Assembly: GCA_963789055.1 (NCBI GenBank)
Contig: CAWBJE010000002.1
Coordinates: forward strand, 304,563-368,562
Direction of reading: 5' to 3'
Length of the DNA stretch: 64,000 nt
Source of the DNA: an uncultured Verrucomicrobiae bacterium
GTDB taxonomy: Bacteria > Verrucomicrobiota > Verrucomicrobiia > Limisphaerales > UBA11358
Positions 46,764 through 57,633 of the stretch are shown here, piece by piece. Every line of letters starts with the position of its first letter. Position 1 is the stretch's first letter. The position numbers and the translations under genes are program-made. Under the pieces are notes generated by a model that was not told where the DNA came from, made no database searches, and was given only the letters and a program-made list of their open reading frames with translations.

Positions 46764-46926
46764 AATTAATTTTGATAAATAGAGCCGATTATTTTAATCA
46801 AGCCAAGCGTGAATGCAATAAGAATAATCGGATTATTATTTGTGCGAATAGGCGTATCTGGCTAACAGCCACCAAATAACGTCAAATTTCTTGCCGTACG
46901 GCGCCGATCCGAAACATGATGTCTTT

Positions 46927-48894
46927 ATGCAGCGTATAAGTCTGTTTCTGATGGTGTTCCTTGCCGGAGCGCTCCCGCCTGGCGACGCTCAGATTCCCCC
47001 GCTCACCGGCGCGCCCGCGCCCGGCGACGCGATGCTCGCCAATTATTTCCGCACCGAAACTGCCGCACTCTCGCAGCATTGCCTGGCCGACATCAATTCA
47101 CTGGATGATTGGAAGGCAAAACGCAGCGAGTATCGCCGGCAATTGCAGGAAATGCTCGGGCTGTGGCCGATGCCAGAGCGAACGGATTTGAAACCCGTCG
47201 TCACGGGACACCTCACCAACGATGAGTTCGTGGTGGAGAAAATTTATTATCAGGCATCGCCCCGCCTTTATTGCACGGCAAATTTGTATCTGCCCAGAAA
47301 TTTGAAATCGCCTGCGCCGGCCATTCTTTACGAGTGCGGCCATTGGGCGGCGAAGACCAACGGTATCAATTACGGCAACAAAGGGGTCTACCAGCGGGAC
47401 GGCGCGTGGTACGCGCGCAACGGTTACGTCTGCCTGGTGCCTGACACGTTGCTGGCCGGCGAGATTCCGGGCATCCACGCCGGAACGCGCGATTACGGTC
47501 TGTGGTGGTGGAATTCGCGCGGTTACACGCCGGCAGGCGTCGAGGCGTGGTTCGGCATCCGCGCCTTGGATTATCTTTGTACCCGGCCGGAAGTGGACAC
47601 CAACCGTTTAGGCATCACCGGACATTCCGGGGGCGGCGCGTACAGTTGGACGGTCACCGCGCTGGACGACCGCATCAAGGTAGCCGCGCCGCTGGCCGGC
47701 ATGGCTGACGTGGAAAGCCATATTGTGGACGGCGTCATAGACCACCACTGTGACTGCAATTTCTTCGTGAACTATTACCGCTGGGATTTCCCGCAGATGG
47801 CCGCGCTCGCCGCTCCACGCCCGCTGTTGATTGGCGGCACGGACCGGGACCCGCTGTTCCAGCTGCCCAGCACGCTGCGCATATATGAAAAGGTCCGCCA
47901 TATCTACGGCCTTTACGGCGCCACCAACCGGCTGGGGCTGGCGCTGGCGCCCGGCCTGCACGATGAAACGCCGGAATTGCAATTGGCCGTGATGCGCTGG
48001 TTTAATCGTTATCTCAAAGGCGAGGAAACGCCGGTGGAAACCGCCGCCAAAAGGTTTTTCACACCCGAACAACTCAAGGTTTTTGAAACGTTGCCGGCCG
48101 ATGCGATCAACACCAACATTGCGGAAACTTTTGTGCCCCTGGCGAGGCCGGAAAAGAAGTCAGCGGACGAGCTGCGCGCCGCGTTGCGCGAAAAGGTTTT
48201 TGCCGGCTGGCCGGAGGAAAATCCGCCGCTCAATCTGCAAAAGGCATTTTCCGTTGTGCGCGACCGCGTCCGTATCAGCGCCTACAATTTTTCGAGCGAG
48301 CATGATACGCCGCTGCGTTTGTATTTGATGGAGGATGCCACCGAAACCAATCTGGAGACAGTCACCCTGCAGGTCATCAGCCAGGAGAAATGGCCTGGTT
48401 GGATCAAGAGCATGGCGCGCCTGGACCTGGTCAAGGAACTGACCGAAGAATTGGCGGGAATTGCAGGCGCCGATTTGACGCCGCCGGAAAAATTGAGCCT
48501 GACAATGCCTCATCCGCATGAAGCCACGGTCTTTTTTGCGCCGCGTGGCATCGGGCTGACGGCCTGGTCCGGAGGCGAGAAACGGCTGACACAAATCCGT
48601 CGCCGTTTCATGCTGCTGGGCCAGACGCTGGACGGGATGCGGGTCTGGGATATCCGCCGGGCGGTCCAGGTGCTGCATTCCCTGCCCGGCATGGACTCGG
48701 CAAAGATTGAGTTGCAAGCCGAAGGTAATATGGCGGTCAACGCCCTTTACGCCGCATTGTTCGAACCGGAAGTGCGCCGGTTGAATCTATCCGGCTTGCC
48801 AAAATCGCAGCGGGACGGACCGGATTATCTGGGTGTGCTCACGATTACGGACATTCCGCAGGTGAAAGAGGCGGAAGCGGCCAGGCTGAATTGA
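46927..48894 (+). CDS. Secreted alpha/beta hydrolase (acetyl xylan esterase / peptidase S9-like fold)
   Basis: The start was set at ATG 46927, which gives a signal peptide. The nucleophile elbow is LGITGHSGGGAYSW; 655 aa. Confidence 0.7.
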   Translation: MQRISLFLMVFLAGALPPGDAQIPPLTGAPAPGDAMLANYFRTETAALSQHCLADINSLDDWKAKRSEYRRQLQEMLGLWPMPERTDLKPVVTGHLTNDEFVVEKIYYQASPRLYCTANLYLPRNLKSPAPAILYECGHWAAKTNGINYGNKGVYQRDGAWYARNGYVCLVPDTLLAGEIPGIHAGTRDYGLWWWNSRGYTPAGVEAWFGIRALDYLCTRPEVDTNRLGITGHSGGGAYSWTVTALDDRIKVAAPLAGMADVESHIVDGVIDHHCDCNFFVNYYRWDFPQMAALAAPRPLLIGGTDRDPLFQLPSTLRIYEKVRHIYGLYGATNRLGLALAPGLHDETPELQLAVMRWFNRYLKGEETPVETAAKRFFTPEQLKVFETLPADAINTNIAETFVPLARPEKKSADELRAALREKVFAGWPEENPPLNLQKAFSVVRDRVRISAYNFSSEHDTPLRLYLMEDATETNLETVTLQVISQEKWPGWIKSMARLDLVKELTEELAGIAGADLTPPEKLSLTMPHPHEATVFFAPRGIGLTAWSGGEKRLTQIRRRFMLLGQTLDGMRVWDIRRAVQVLHSLPGMDSAKIELQAEGNMAVNALYAALFEPEVRRLNLSGLPKSQRDGPDYLGVLTITDIPQVKEAEAARLN

Positions 48895-48904
48895 AACTTG
48901 TAAA

Positions 48905-51900
48905 TCAGGCGGCGGCGGTTTTGGCGCCCGCTTGAATCGCCGCGCGCCGGGCGTGCTTGCGCAGATACCACTGGTGGGCTGATTCCAGATAGAGATAAAT
49001 CACCGGGGTAATATAAAGCGTAAGCAGTTGGGACACCATCAGTCCGCCCACGACCGCCAGGCCGAGCGACCGGCGCGATTCACCGCCGGCACCAACCCCC
49101 AACGCAATCGGCAGCGTGGCCATGAGCGCGGACATGGTGGTCATCATTATCGGGCGGAACCGCAGCAGACAGCCTTCATGAATCGCATCGACCGGCGATT
49201 TGCCGTGTTCGCGTTGCGCGGCGATGGCAAAGTCGATCATCATGATGGCATTTTTCTTCACGATGCCCACCAGCATGATAAGGCCAACGAAACCGTAAAC
49301 GTTCAAATCCAGCCGGAACAGGATCAGCGTCAGCAACGCGCCAAAGCCGGCTGAGGGCAGGCCGGACAGAATGGTGATGGGATGGATGAAACTTTCGTAA
49401 AGGATGCCGAGGATCATGTAGATGACCAGGATGGCGGCCACGAGCAGCAGACCCAGTCCCTTTTCCGATGATTGAAAGACCGCCGCCGAACCCTGAAAGC
49501 TGCCAGTGATGGTCGCGGGCAGGTGCAAATCACTTTCAATTTTCTGCAATCGATCCACGGCGGTACCCAGGGACACGCCCGGTGGAAGGTTGAAGGAAAT
49601 GGTGACCGCCGGCAACTGGCCGGCATGAGCGATGGTGGCCGGGCCAAGGCTGCGCGTGAGTTTGGCAACGGCGCTCAAGGGAACCAGTGTTGGCGGCGGA
49701 TTGTTGGTCCCGGAACTGGCAAACGAACTGGTGATGTACAGCCGTGCCAGCGCGCTGGGGTCGAGTTAATATTGGGTTTCGACCTCGAAAATGACCCAGT
49801 ATTCGGCAATATCCGAATAAATGGTGGAAGCCTGCATTTCGCCGAAGGCGTCGTAGAGCGCGTTTTCAATCTGCTCCGCGGTGACACCGAGCGCCGAAGC
49901 CTTGTCACGGTCGATCTCCACGTTCACCTGTGGCGTGGCGATGAGCAAATCGCTCGTCACGTCCTGGAACACGGCTTTGTTCTCGGCAATTTTGTTCATC
50001 AAAATCGGCGCCCAGTGGAACAGTTCATTCACGTCCGTGTCCTGGAGGCTGTATTGATACAGCGTCTTGGTCAGCCGGCCGCCGACAGGAATGACCGGCG
50101 GGTTTTGCATGTAAACGTTGAGTCCTACCAACTGGGAGAATTTCCCGCGCAACTCCTGGATGACCTGGTTCGCGTTCAGTTTGCGTTCCGAGCGGTCCTT
50201 CAGCCGCATGAACATTCTGCCCTGGTTCAAGGTGGCGGACGACCCGGCGGCGCCAATGGCCGACATGAAGCCGTCCACGTTGGGATCGGCGGCAACGATT
50301 TTGGCCGCCGCTTGCTGATGCGCGCGCATCGCGTCGAACGAAATATCCTGGGACGCCTCGGTGATGGCAAAAATCTGGCCGGTATCTTCATCCGGGAAAA
50401 AGCCGGCGGGAATCCACAGGAACAGCGCAACCGTGGCGAACAGCACTACCGTAAATACGACCATCGTGGTGCGCCGTCGGCGCATGACCACCTGCAACGT
50501 TCGGTCGTAAACATCCCGCATCCAATTGAAAAAGCGCTCGAAGGCGTTATAGAGCGGGCTGTGTCGTTTTCCGTGCTCCGAGTGTACGAACCGGCTGCAC
50601 ATCATCGGCGTCAGGGTTAATGAAACGAAGCCGGATACCAAGACAGCCACGATGATGGTCACGGCGAATTCATGCAGCAGCCGGCCAAGCAATCCGCTCA
50701 TGAACAGCACCGGAATGAACACCGCCACCAGCGAAAGCGTCATCGAAATGATGGTGAAGCCGATTTCCCGCGAGCCGTTCAGCGCGGCCTGCATCGGCGG
50801 CTCGCCGTTTTCCATGTGTCGCACGATGTTTTCGAGCATCACAATGGCATCGTCCACCACGAACCCCACGCACAGCGTCAGCGCCATGAGCGACAGGTTG
50901 TCGAGGCTGTATCCCAGCAGCGCCATGGCGGCGAAAGTGCCGATGATGGACATGGGCAACGCCAGGCTGGGAATGAGCGTGGCCGAGAGGTTTCGCAGGA
51001 AAAGGAAGATGACCAGGACAACGAGACAGACCGCCAGGAACAGCGTGAATTCCACGTCGTCCACCGACCGGCGGATGGACTGCGAACGGTCGAAGAGGAT
51101 GTCCAGCTTCACCGCGGCGGGAACGGCCCGGCGAAATTGCGGCAACAGTTGTTTGATATTGTCCACCACCTGGACGGTGTTGGCGCCCGGCTGGCGCTGG
51201 ATGGCCAGCACGATGGCACGCGAGCCGGAGTTTTGCGTATAATACCACGCGGCGACCTTGTCGTTTTGCACGCTGTCGAGCACCCGGCCCAACTGTTGCA
51301 AGCGCACGGGCTTGCCATTGCGCCAGGCGACGATCAACGGACGAAACGCGGCGGCATTTTCCAACTGGCCGTTGGCCTGTACGACGAACGCCTGCTGCTT
51401 GCCATAAAGGGTGCCGAGCGGCTGGTTCACACTGCCCGCGACGACCGCCTGCTCCACCTGGTCAATGCCCAGGCCGAAAGCCGCCAGCTTGTCCGGGTCC
51501 ACCTGAATCCGCACGGCGTACTGCTGCGAGCCGAACACGCTGACCTGCGCGACGCCGGTAACCATCGAGATTTCCTGCGCCAGCAGGTTTTCCGCATAAT
51601 TGTCCACGTCCGAAATCGGCAGCGTGGGTGACGACATGGCGAGGTAAAGAATCGGCGCGTCCGCCGGATTGACTTTCCGGTAGCTCGGCGGCGCCGGCAG
51701 GTTGGACGGCAATTGCTTCTGCGCGCGCGTGATGGCCGCCTGCACGTCCTGCGCCGCCGCGTCAATGCTCCGGTCCAGCGAAAATTGGATGGTGATTTGC
51801 GAGATGCCCTGGGCGCTGACGGACGTCATCGAATCCACGCCGGGAATCGTGGTAAACTGTTTTTCCAGTGGGGTGGCGACCGAAGAAGCCATGGTTTCCG

Positions 51901-52066
51901 GGCTGGCACCGGGCAGATTGACGGAAACATTGATGGTCGGATAATCCACGCTGGGCAGATCGCTCACCGACAGCTGGAGAAAACCGATCAGACCCACCAG
52001 CAGAATGCCGGACGTGACCAGCGTGGTCATCACGGGCCGGCGGATGAACAGTTCCGGAATGTTCAT
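48905..52066 (-). pseudogene. RND (AcrB/HAE1-type) efflux permease interrupted by a single in-frame TAA at 49766-49768
   Basis: The 766-aa N-terminal ORF (MNIPELFIRRPVMTTL...) and the 257-aa C-terminal ORF are in the same frame. The 29 codons between them are open and read ...EVETQY*LDPSALARLYITSS.... Confidence 0.8.
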
Positions 52067-53145
52067 GGCGCGTTGGTTGACGTGTTCGCGCTCCGGATAT
52101 CCACTTTCGCGCCGGGCGTAAGCCGCAACTGGCCATCGGTGACCACAACTTCGCCTGCTTTCAGTCCCTTTTGCACCACCGTCAGTCCCTGGTACGTGAG
52201 ACCGACGGTGACCGGCCGTTCCTCGGCGGTCTGGTCGGATTTGACTACATAGAGGTATTCGCTATTTTGCCCGGTCTGCACTGCGGACGAGGGCACCACC
52301 ACGATATTGGTCAACTCCGACAAGGTCAACACGGCCGTCACGAATTGTCCCGGCCACAACCGGCTGTGTTCATTCGGAAAGGTCGCCCGCAGTTGAATCA
52401 TGCCGGTGGAGGGGTCCACCGTGTTGTCAATGAAAGTCAATTCCCCCTCCGGCGGCGGGCCGTTCAGGCCCTCGAACATCGCGGCCACCGGCAGGGATTC
52501 GTCGCGCCGCTCGCGCTGAATCTCCGGCAAATACTGTTCCGGCACGCCAAACTGGACGTAAATCGGATGAATCTGGTTCAGGGTGACCAGCGTATCGTCC
52601 GGCGCCTTGACGACGTTGCCCTGGTAAAATTGCAATGCGCCCGCCACGCCATCGATGGGCGAGCGAATTTCGGTGAAGCCTAAATTCAATTCATCTGTTT
52701 GCACCGTCGCCGCCAGCGTGTCCCGGGTGGCCCGGCTGGTGTCGTATTCATCATGCGAAACCAGTTTTTGGTCGAACAATTTTTGCTCGCGGTTGAACTG
52801 AATTTCCGCATTTTCCAACTGCGCTTTGTCGCGCGCCAGCGCCGCCTGCATCGGCCGCTGGTCAATGGTGAACAGCAAATCGCCTTTTTTGACCTCTTGC
52901 CCCTGTTGGAAGTGCACCTGGCTGATAATCCCGCCGATTTGGGGACGGATGGTGACCGTCGAATACGGCAACACGTGTCCGACCGGCGGCGGGTTGATCT
53001 GCACCGGTACGTTGGTGACCACCGCTTGCGCCACGAGCACCGGCGCACCCGCACCAACCGCGCTTTTTTTCGCGCCGCCGGAACAGCCGTTGACCAACAT
53101 CGCCGCGACAACCGCTAGCGCTGGAATCAGGGTTGAATTTCTCAT
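52063..53145 (-). CDS. RND efflux periplasmic adaptor (membrane fusion protein)
   Basis: Lipoprotein-like N-terminus (LVNGCSG), coiled-coil hairpin and beta-barrel blocks. Its stop overlaps the pump start by 4 nt. Confidence 0.85.
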   Translation of the reverse strand: MRNSTLIPALAVVAAMLVNGCSGGAKKSAVGAGAPVLVAQAVVTNVPVQINPPPVGHVLPYSTVTIRPQIGGIISQVHFQQGQEVKKGDLLFTIDQRPMQAALARDKAQLENAEIQFNREQKLFDQKLVSHDEYDTSRATRDTLAATVQTDELNLGFTEIRSPIDGVAGALQFYQGNVVKAPDDTLVTLNQIHPIYVQFGVPEQYLPEIQRERRDESLPVAAMFEGLNGPPPEGELTFIDNTVDPSTGMIQLRATFPNEHSRLWPGQFVTAVLTLSELTNIVVVPSSAVQTGQNSEYLYVVKSDQTAEERPVTVGLTYQGLTVVQKGLKAGEVVVTDGQLRLTPGAKVDIRSANTSTNAP

Positions 53146-53152
53146 GCCATTT

Positions 53153-53812
53153 TCAACTTTCGGATTTGGTTTGATGGGAGTGATTGCCAGCGGGCTGGAA
53201 GGCGGCGGCGAATTTCCGCAAAAATTTCACATGCAACTTCTGAAAATGCGGATCGGTAGCCGACTGGTTGGTGAAAAGCCGGGTCAATTGCGGAAACGCC
53301 ATCGGGAATGTTGTCAACGACCGCATGGCCAGCAAAAGATGGCCCGGTTCAAATTCAGCGGACAGAAAACCGCGCGCCTGCTGTTGGCGGATGCGGCCCA
53401 GCGCCTGCGCCACCAGCGTCCGCCGGCTTCTTTCGTCAATGACCTTTTTGCCTCCACCCTGCAGCGCCTCCCATTCCAAGAGGCGGACCCAGTCGGCGTC
53501 TTTGCATGAGAGCTTGAACCAGAATGGCAGACTCTCCGCCGGATCGCCCGACAAGCCCTCGGCCGACGCCTGCCGCTGGGCGATTTTGCGACGCAGCACT
53601 TCACGGAACAAATGCTCCTTGTTGCCGAAGTAGTGGTAGAGCATCCGCTTGTTGATGGCGGCGCGCCGCGCAATGGCGTCCACGCGCGCCCCGGCAAAGC
53701 CGTTCGCCGCGAATTCCTTCAGGGCGGCGGATAAGATGCGTTCGCGCGTGCGTTCGGGATTACGCCGCGCTACGGTGCCATTGGGTCTTGTCGAAACGGC
53801 CATGTATCCCAA
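53153..53812 (-). CDS. TetR/AcrR family transcriptional regulator
   Basis: HTH region RILSAALKEFAANGFAGARVDAIARRAAINKRMLYHYFGNKEHLF. Confidence 0.88.
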   Translation of the reverse strand: MGYMAVSTRPNGTVARRNPERTRERILSAALKEFAANGFAGARVDAIARRAAINKRMLYHYFGNKEHLFREVLRRKIAQRQASAEGLSGDPAESLPFWFKLSCKDADWVRLLEWEALQGGGKKVIDERSRRTLVAQALGRIRQQQARGFLSAEFEPGHLLLAMRSLTTFPMAFPQLTRLFTNQSATDPHFQKLHVKFLRKFAAAFQPAGNHSHQTKSES

Positions 53813-53827
53813 TAAGTAACCATCAAG

Positions 53828-54700
53828 TTACTTGGAATGCAAGTCCGATGGTGGATTTAAAACGGCGGCGGGACGACCCGGCGGGGGGGCGCCGTCCGGT
53901 CGGTTGGAGGCCTTGATTTCCGCGATCATTTTCTTTGCCGCCTCCATGGACAGGCCATGCGAAACGGAAAGGCCGAAACGGCGTTGGAGATATTCGTCCA
54001 GGCGAATCCACTGGTCCTCGTATTTTACCTGGCCGGTCCAGGCGCAAATGGTGACGACCCGTTGCAATTTTTCGAGCCACCGCAAAATGACGACGATGAA
54101 AATCAGCACCATGACGACGGTCCCGATGAGCACCGCGGACGTGACCTGGCTGGACATGGCGTCGGCCTCGGCGCGCTGCTGGTTGATATTCAGCGCGTAT
54201 TCCTCCTCCTGGCCCATCTGGAACAACACGTGGCTGATTTTATCCATCGTGTTTTTGCCTTCCTCAGTCAAGGTGACGGCCAGCGCCCCGCGCACATTGC
54301 CCGCGTTCCCGGTCATCGTGTCGGGGTTGATGGCCAGCCGTTCGGCGACGAGACTTTGCAGCGTCTGAATATTGGTTTGTTGTTCGGCCCGGGCCTGGAC
54401 GAGGATTTTCAACTGGTCAATATCGTTGCGGACCGCGCTCATGGCCCGGCCGTACGAATTGAGGTAATCGTTGGCGCCGGTCAACAAATAACCACGCCGC
54501 TCGGTTTCCGCATCCAGCAGGTGAAACTGGGTTTGCTGGACCAGGTTCAGCACCTTGTAGGTATGTCCCACCTGGAGAAATGATTCCCGGAATTGTTGGC
54601 TCGTCTGATGTACGAGCCAGCACATGAAAATCAGCGCCAGCAGGGGCAGAAACATTCCCATGAACAAAAGAACTTTGTTGACGCGCGGGTTTGGTTTCAT
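53828..54700 (-). CDS. CHASE3 sensor-domain membrane protein without a recognisable output domain
   Basis: An N-terminal TM is followed by VGHTYKVLNLVQQTQFHLLDAETERRGYLLTGANDYLNSY (the CHASE3 signature). A second TM is followed by a C-terminal tail of about 90 aa. Confidence 0.75.
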   Translation of the reverse strand: MKPNPRVNKVLLFMGMFLPLLALIFMCWLVHQTSQQFRESFLQVGHTYKVLNLVQQTQFHLLDAETERRGYLLTGANDYLNSYGRAMSAVRNDIDQLKILVQARAEQQTNIQTLQSLVAERLAINPDTMTGNAGNVRGALAVTLTEEGKNTMDKISHVLFQMGQEEEYALNINQQRAEADAMSSQVTSAVLIGTVVMVLIFIVVILRWLEKLQRVVTICAWTGQVKYEDQWIRLDEYLQRRFGLSVSHGLSMEAAKKMIAEIKASNRPDGAPPPGRPAAVLNPPSDLHSK

Positions 54701-54715
54701 GCCGGATGTTCTGGT

Positions 54716-56200
54716 TCAGATTATGATAGCGGCTTTCTCCCGGTGCCACAAGGTGTTTGCCTCGTAAGCCCGGCCAATTTTCAAAATGGTCTCCTCGCCG
54801 AACGGTTTGCCGAGCAATTGCAGACCGATGGGTAGCTTGGGATTTTTAGTGAACCCGCACGGAACACTGATGCCGCAGATGCCCGCCAGATTACATGCCA
54901 GCGTGAACACGTCACACAAATACATTTGCAGCGGGTCGTCGGATTTTTCACCAATTTTAAACGCGGCCGTCGGCGTGGTGGGTGTGACGATGGCGTCCAC
55001 TTTTTCGAATGCCTTCAGAAAATCGTCGCGGATAAGCGTGCGGACCTTTTGGGCGCGCAGATAATACGCGTCGTAGTAACCGCTGCTCAACACGTAAGTG
55101 CCCAGAATGATGCGCCGCTTGACCTCCGCGCCAAAACCCGCCCCGCGCGTACGGCAGTAAAGTTCAATTGGGTCCGCGCCGTCCACCCGCGCCCCGTAAC
55201 GGATGCCGTCGAAACGCGCGAGGTTCGCGGACGCCTCGGCGGGGGCGATAATGTAATACGTTGCCGCCGCGTAGTCGGTGTGCGGCAGGGAAATTTCCAC
55301 AATCTCCGCGCCCAGCTTCTCCAATTGTTTCACCGCGACGTCCACCGCGGCCTTCACTTCGGCATCCAACCCGCCAATCATGTATTCCTTCGGCAGACCA
55401 AGCTTCAAACCCTTGATGGATGGCCCTTCCGAGGAGCCGTTCAGCGCCGCGACGTAACCCGGCACCGGCTGCGGCACGCTGGTGGAATCGCGCGGATCGT
55501 GCCCGCTGATGACGCCGAGCATCATCGCCGCGTCGCGGACGTTTTTGGCGAACGGCCCAATTTGGTCGAGAGACGAGGCAAAGGCGACGAGACCATAGCG
55601 CGACACGCGGCCGTAGGTGGGTTTGAGGCCCACGCAACCGCACAACGCGGCCGGCTGCCGAATCGAACCGCCGGTGTCGGAGCCGAGCGCGGCAATGGCC
55701 TCGTCCGCCACGACTGCCGCCGCCGAACCGCCGGATGACCCGCCGGGAATGCGCGTGGTGTCCCATGGATTGTGCGTTACGCCGAACGCGGAATTTTCCG
55801 TCGAACTGCCCATGGCAAATTCATCCATGTTCAACCGGCCAAAGACAATCGCACCCGCCGCCTGCAATTTTTCAACAACCGTGGCGTCGTAGGGTGATAT
55901 AAATTTGCCGAGAATTTTCGAGCCGCAGTTGAGCGGCTGGTTTTTGACGGCGAGCACGTCCTTGACCGCGACCGGCACGCCCAGCAACGGTTTTTGGGCG
56001 TGGGTTGCACCGGCGGCAATGGCCTTGTCCGCTGCGTCCGCCTGCGCCAGCGCGTCCGCCGCGTCGTGGCTGATAAAGGCGTGGATTTTTCCGTCCACGC
56101 GCGCAATCTGGTCGAGGCACGATTGCATGGCCTCGCGGGCGGAGACTTCGCGTTTGGCGAGCCGGGCGGTCAGTTCGGAGATGGTCAGTTGGTTCAGCAT
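54716..56200 (-). CDS. gatA: Glutamyl-tRNA(Gln) amidotransferase subunit A
   Basis: The start was set at ATG 56200 ([14 protein letters not shown]). Amidase signature [11 protein letters not shown]; 494 aa. The longer ORF in the track reads through the spacer and gatC. Confidence 0.93.
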   Translation of the reverse strand: MLNQLTISELTARLAKREVSAREAMQSCLDQIARVDGKIHAFISHDAADALAQADAADKAIAAGATHAQKPLLGVPVAVKDVLAVKNQPLNCGSKILGKFISPYDATVVEKLQAAGAIVFGRLNMDEFAMGSSTENSAFGVTHNPWDTTRIPGGSSGGSAAAVVADEAIAALGSDTGGSIRQPAALCGCVGLKPTYGRVSRYGLVAFASSLDQIGPFAKNVRDAAMMLGVISGHDPRDSTSVPQPVPGYVAALNGSSEGPSIKGLKLGLPKEYMIGGLDAEVKAAVDVAVKQLEKLGAEIVEISLPHTDYAAATYYIIAPAEASANLARFDGIRYGARVDGADPIELYCRTRGAGFGAEVKRRIILGTYVLSSGYYDAYYLRAQKVRTLIRDDFLKAFEKVDAIVTPTTPTAAFKIGEKSDDPLQMYLCDVFTLACNLAGICGISVPCGFTKNPKLPIGLQLLGKPFGEETILKIGRAYEANTLWHREKAAIII

Positions 56201-56208
56201 GGAACTCC

Positions 56209-56299
56209 GGATTATTGGATTGTTGGATAAATGGATAAATTTCAGCAACTGCTTTTGCCCCAATAATCCAAAAATCCAATTATCCATCAATCCATTCAT
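56209..56299. repeat. Octamer-array hairpin in the gatC|gatA spacer
   Basis: The left arm GGATTATT GGATTGTT GGATAAAT GGATAAAT is at 56209-56240. The right arm CCAATAAT CCAAAAAT CCAATTAT CCATCAAT CCATTCAT is at 56260-56299. Confidence 0.8.
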
Positions 56300-56301
56300 T
56301 T

Positions 56302-56589
56302 TCATTCCACGATTTTGGGCACCATGAACAGCCCGTTGGCCTGGGCGGGCGCGTTGCGCAGGGCGTCGGTGTGCGGGAGCGACGGACGAACTGCGTCCGG
56401 GCGCATCACGTTGACCATCGGCACGGCGTGGGCGGTGGGCTCGACGCCGGCCACGTCGAGTTTCTTCAATTTCTCGATGTAACCTAGGATGCCGTCGAGC
56501 TGGGCGCCGAGTTTCTTTTCCTCGTCGGGTGTGAGCTGCACCCGCGCCAGATGCGCGACGTATTTGATGTCTAATTGAGGTGCTGACAT
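56302..56589 (-). CDS. gatC: Glutamyl-tRNA(Gln) amidotransferase subunit C
   Basis: 95 aa: [31 protein letters not shown]. It lies upstream of gatA. Confidence 0.88.
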   Translation of the reverse strand: MSAPQLDIKYVAHLARVQLTPDEEKKLGAQLDGILGYIEKLKKLDVAGVEPTAHAVPMVNVMRPDAVRPSLPHTDALRNAPAQANGLFMVPKIVE

Positions 56590-56611
56590 GCGCGGAAATT
56601 AAAGTCCCCAG

Positions 56612-56646
56612 CCCAAAGTTCAAAGCCCAAAGTTGAAAATTGAGGC
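56612..56646. repeat. Tandem heptamers CCCAAAG TTCAAAG CCCAAAG TTGAAAA TTGAGGC upstream of gatC
   Basis: Read directly from the sequence. Confidence 0.6.
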
Positions 56647-56691
56647 CGCCATCATTTTGCTTCTTGATACCTCGCCTTTATGGTGACCCCT

Positions 56692-57162
56692 TTATTCATT
56701 TTCACGTTTATTACTCCCTTTGTTTTTTGAAAGAATACGCAACAAACCAAACATTAAAAGCGTTCCTACAAAAAAGGCAAAAATCCACGTTAAAAATACA
56801 ACCTCATCATAGATTGTATGCATATGATTTTCAATTACCGGAGTAATAGTTGTCGCAAAACAAATTCCAATCATGATGGCAACTGTAAGGCGACTGATAC
56901 CGTTGCTTGATTTTAATATTACCTCCTGATCTTTGGTAATTTTGGATTTTTGGCTTAACAAGGCATATGCAGCGGCCACCAACCAGCCACAGGCTGTTCC
57001 TAGTCCAAAAATCATTGGGCTAAAAAGTATCGTAAAGAAAAGAATCCCTCCAATTCCCATTCTTTCATTCATAATGGGCCCCGAGAAATTCCACACTGAG
57101 AAGCCCAAACCACAGATAATAGTTGTTACCCAGAATATAGGTTTGGAAATGGTGTAGTGCAT
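56692..57162 (-). CDS. Hypothetical four-helix membrane protein in an AT-rich islet
   Basis: 156 aa with hydrophobic helices (IFWVTTIICGLGFSVW, GGILFFTILFSPMIFGLG, LTVAIMIGICFATTI, VVFLTWIFAFFVGTLLMFGLL). The composition is clearly AT-richer than the flanks. Confidence 0.55.
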   Translation of the reverse strand: MHYTISKPIFWVTTIICGLGFSVWNFSGPIMNERMGIGGILFFTILFSPMIFGLGTACGWLVAAAYALLSQKSKITKDQEVILKSSNGISRLTVAIMIGICFATTITPVIENHMHTIYDEVVFLTWIFAFFVGTLLMFGLLRILSKNKGSNKRENE

Positions 57163-57290
57163 AAGGCGGTCAATAGTATCGCGTTATTTTTCTTCCCGCC
57201 GATTCCGATACAACAAATACACCTGATGTGTCCTCGTGCCAGTGCGCTGTCGCTCTACTATCCCGGAACCGCCCACCGGCAATCGTCGGC

Positions 57291-57599
57291 TCATTCCTCA
57301 TCGAACTTGCGTTTGACGAGAGCTTCGAGTTCGAGGATGGCGGCCTGGGCGTCGGCGCCGCGGACGTGCAGGGTCACTTTGCTGCCGGGACCGGCGGCGA
57401 GCATCATCAGGCCCATGATGCTCTTGCCATTGATTTTTTCACCGTCTTTTTCGACGAAAATTTCGCAAGCGAACCGGTTGGCGGTCTTCACGAACATAGC
57501 CGCGGGCCGGGCATGGATGCCCAGTTTGTTCGAAATCGTAAGTTCTTTGGTGAAAAACTCGCTGTCCGCCAGCTTTTTTGCGCTCATCGGTTTGCTCAT
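57291..57599 (-). CDS. ptsH: HPr family phosphocarrier protein
   Basis: LTISNKLGIHARPAAMFV (His-15 region) and GKSIMGLMMLAAG (Ser-46 region). Confidence 0.88.
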   Translation of the reverse strand: MSKPMSAKKLADSEFFTKELTISNKLGIHARPAAMFVKTANRFACEIFVEKDGEKINGKSIMGLMMLAAGPGSKVTLHVRGADAQAAILELEALVKRKFDEE

Positions 57600-57633
57600 T
57601 TTAAGCGATATTTGGTTAAAATGCCATTGAATT

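Noticed and set aside
49766-49768. In-frame stop in the RND pump considered as recoding or selenocysteine
   Set aside because: The codon is TAA, not TGA. No SECIS-like hairpin follows, and RND pumps are not known selenoproteins.
49472-51631. 382-aa and 319-aa plus-strand ORFs
   Set aside because: Both are antisense to the RND permease. Their composition is low complexity and rich in Arg, Gly and His.
56201-56623. 5' extension of the gatA ORF to 635 aa
   Set aside because: The extension reads through the octamer-repeat spacer and out of frame across gatC, giving Arg-rich nonsense. The canonical gatA N-terminus starts at ATG 56200.
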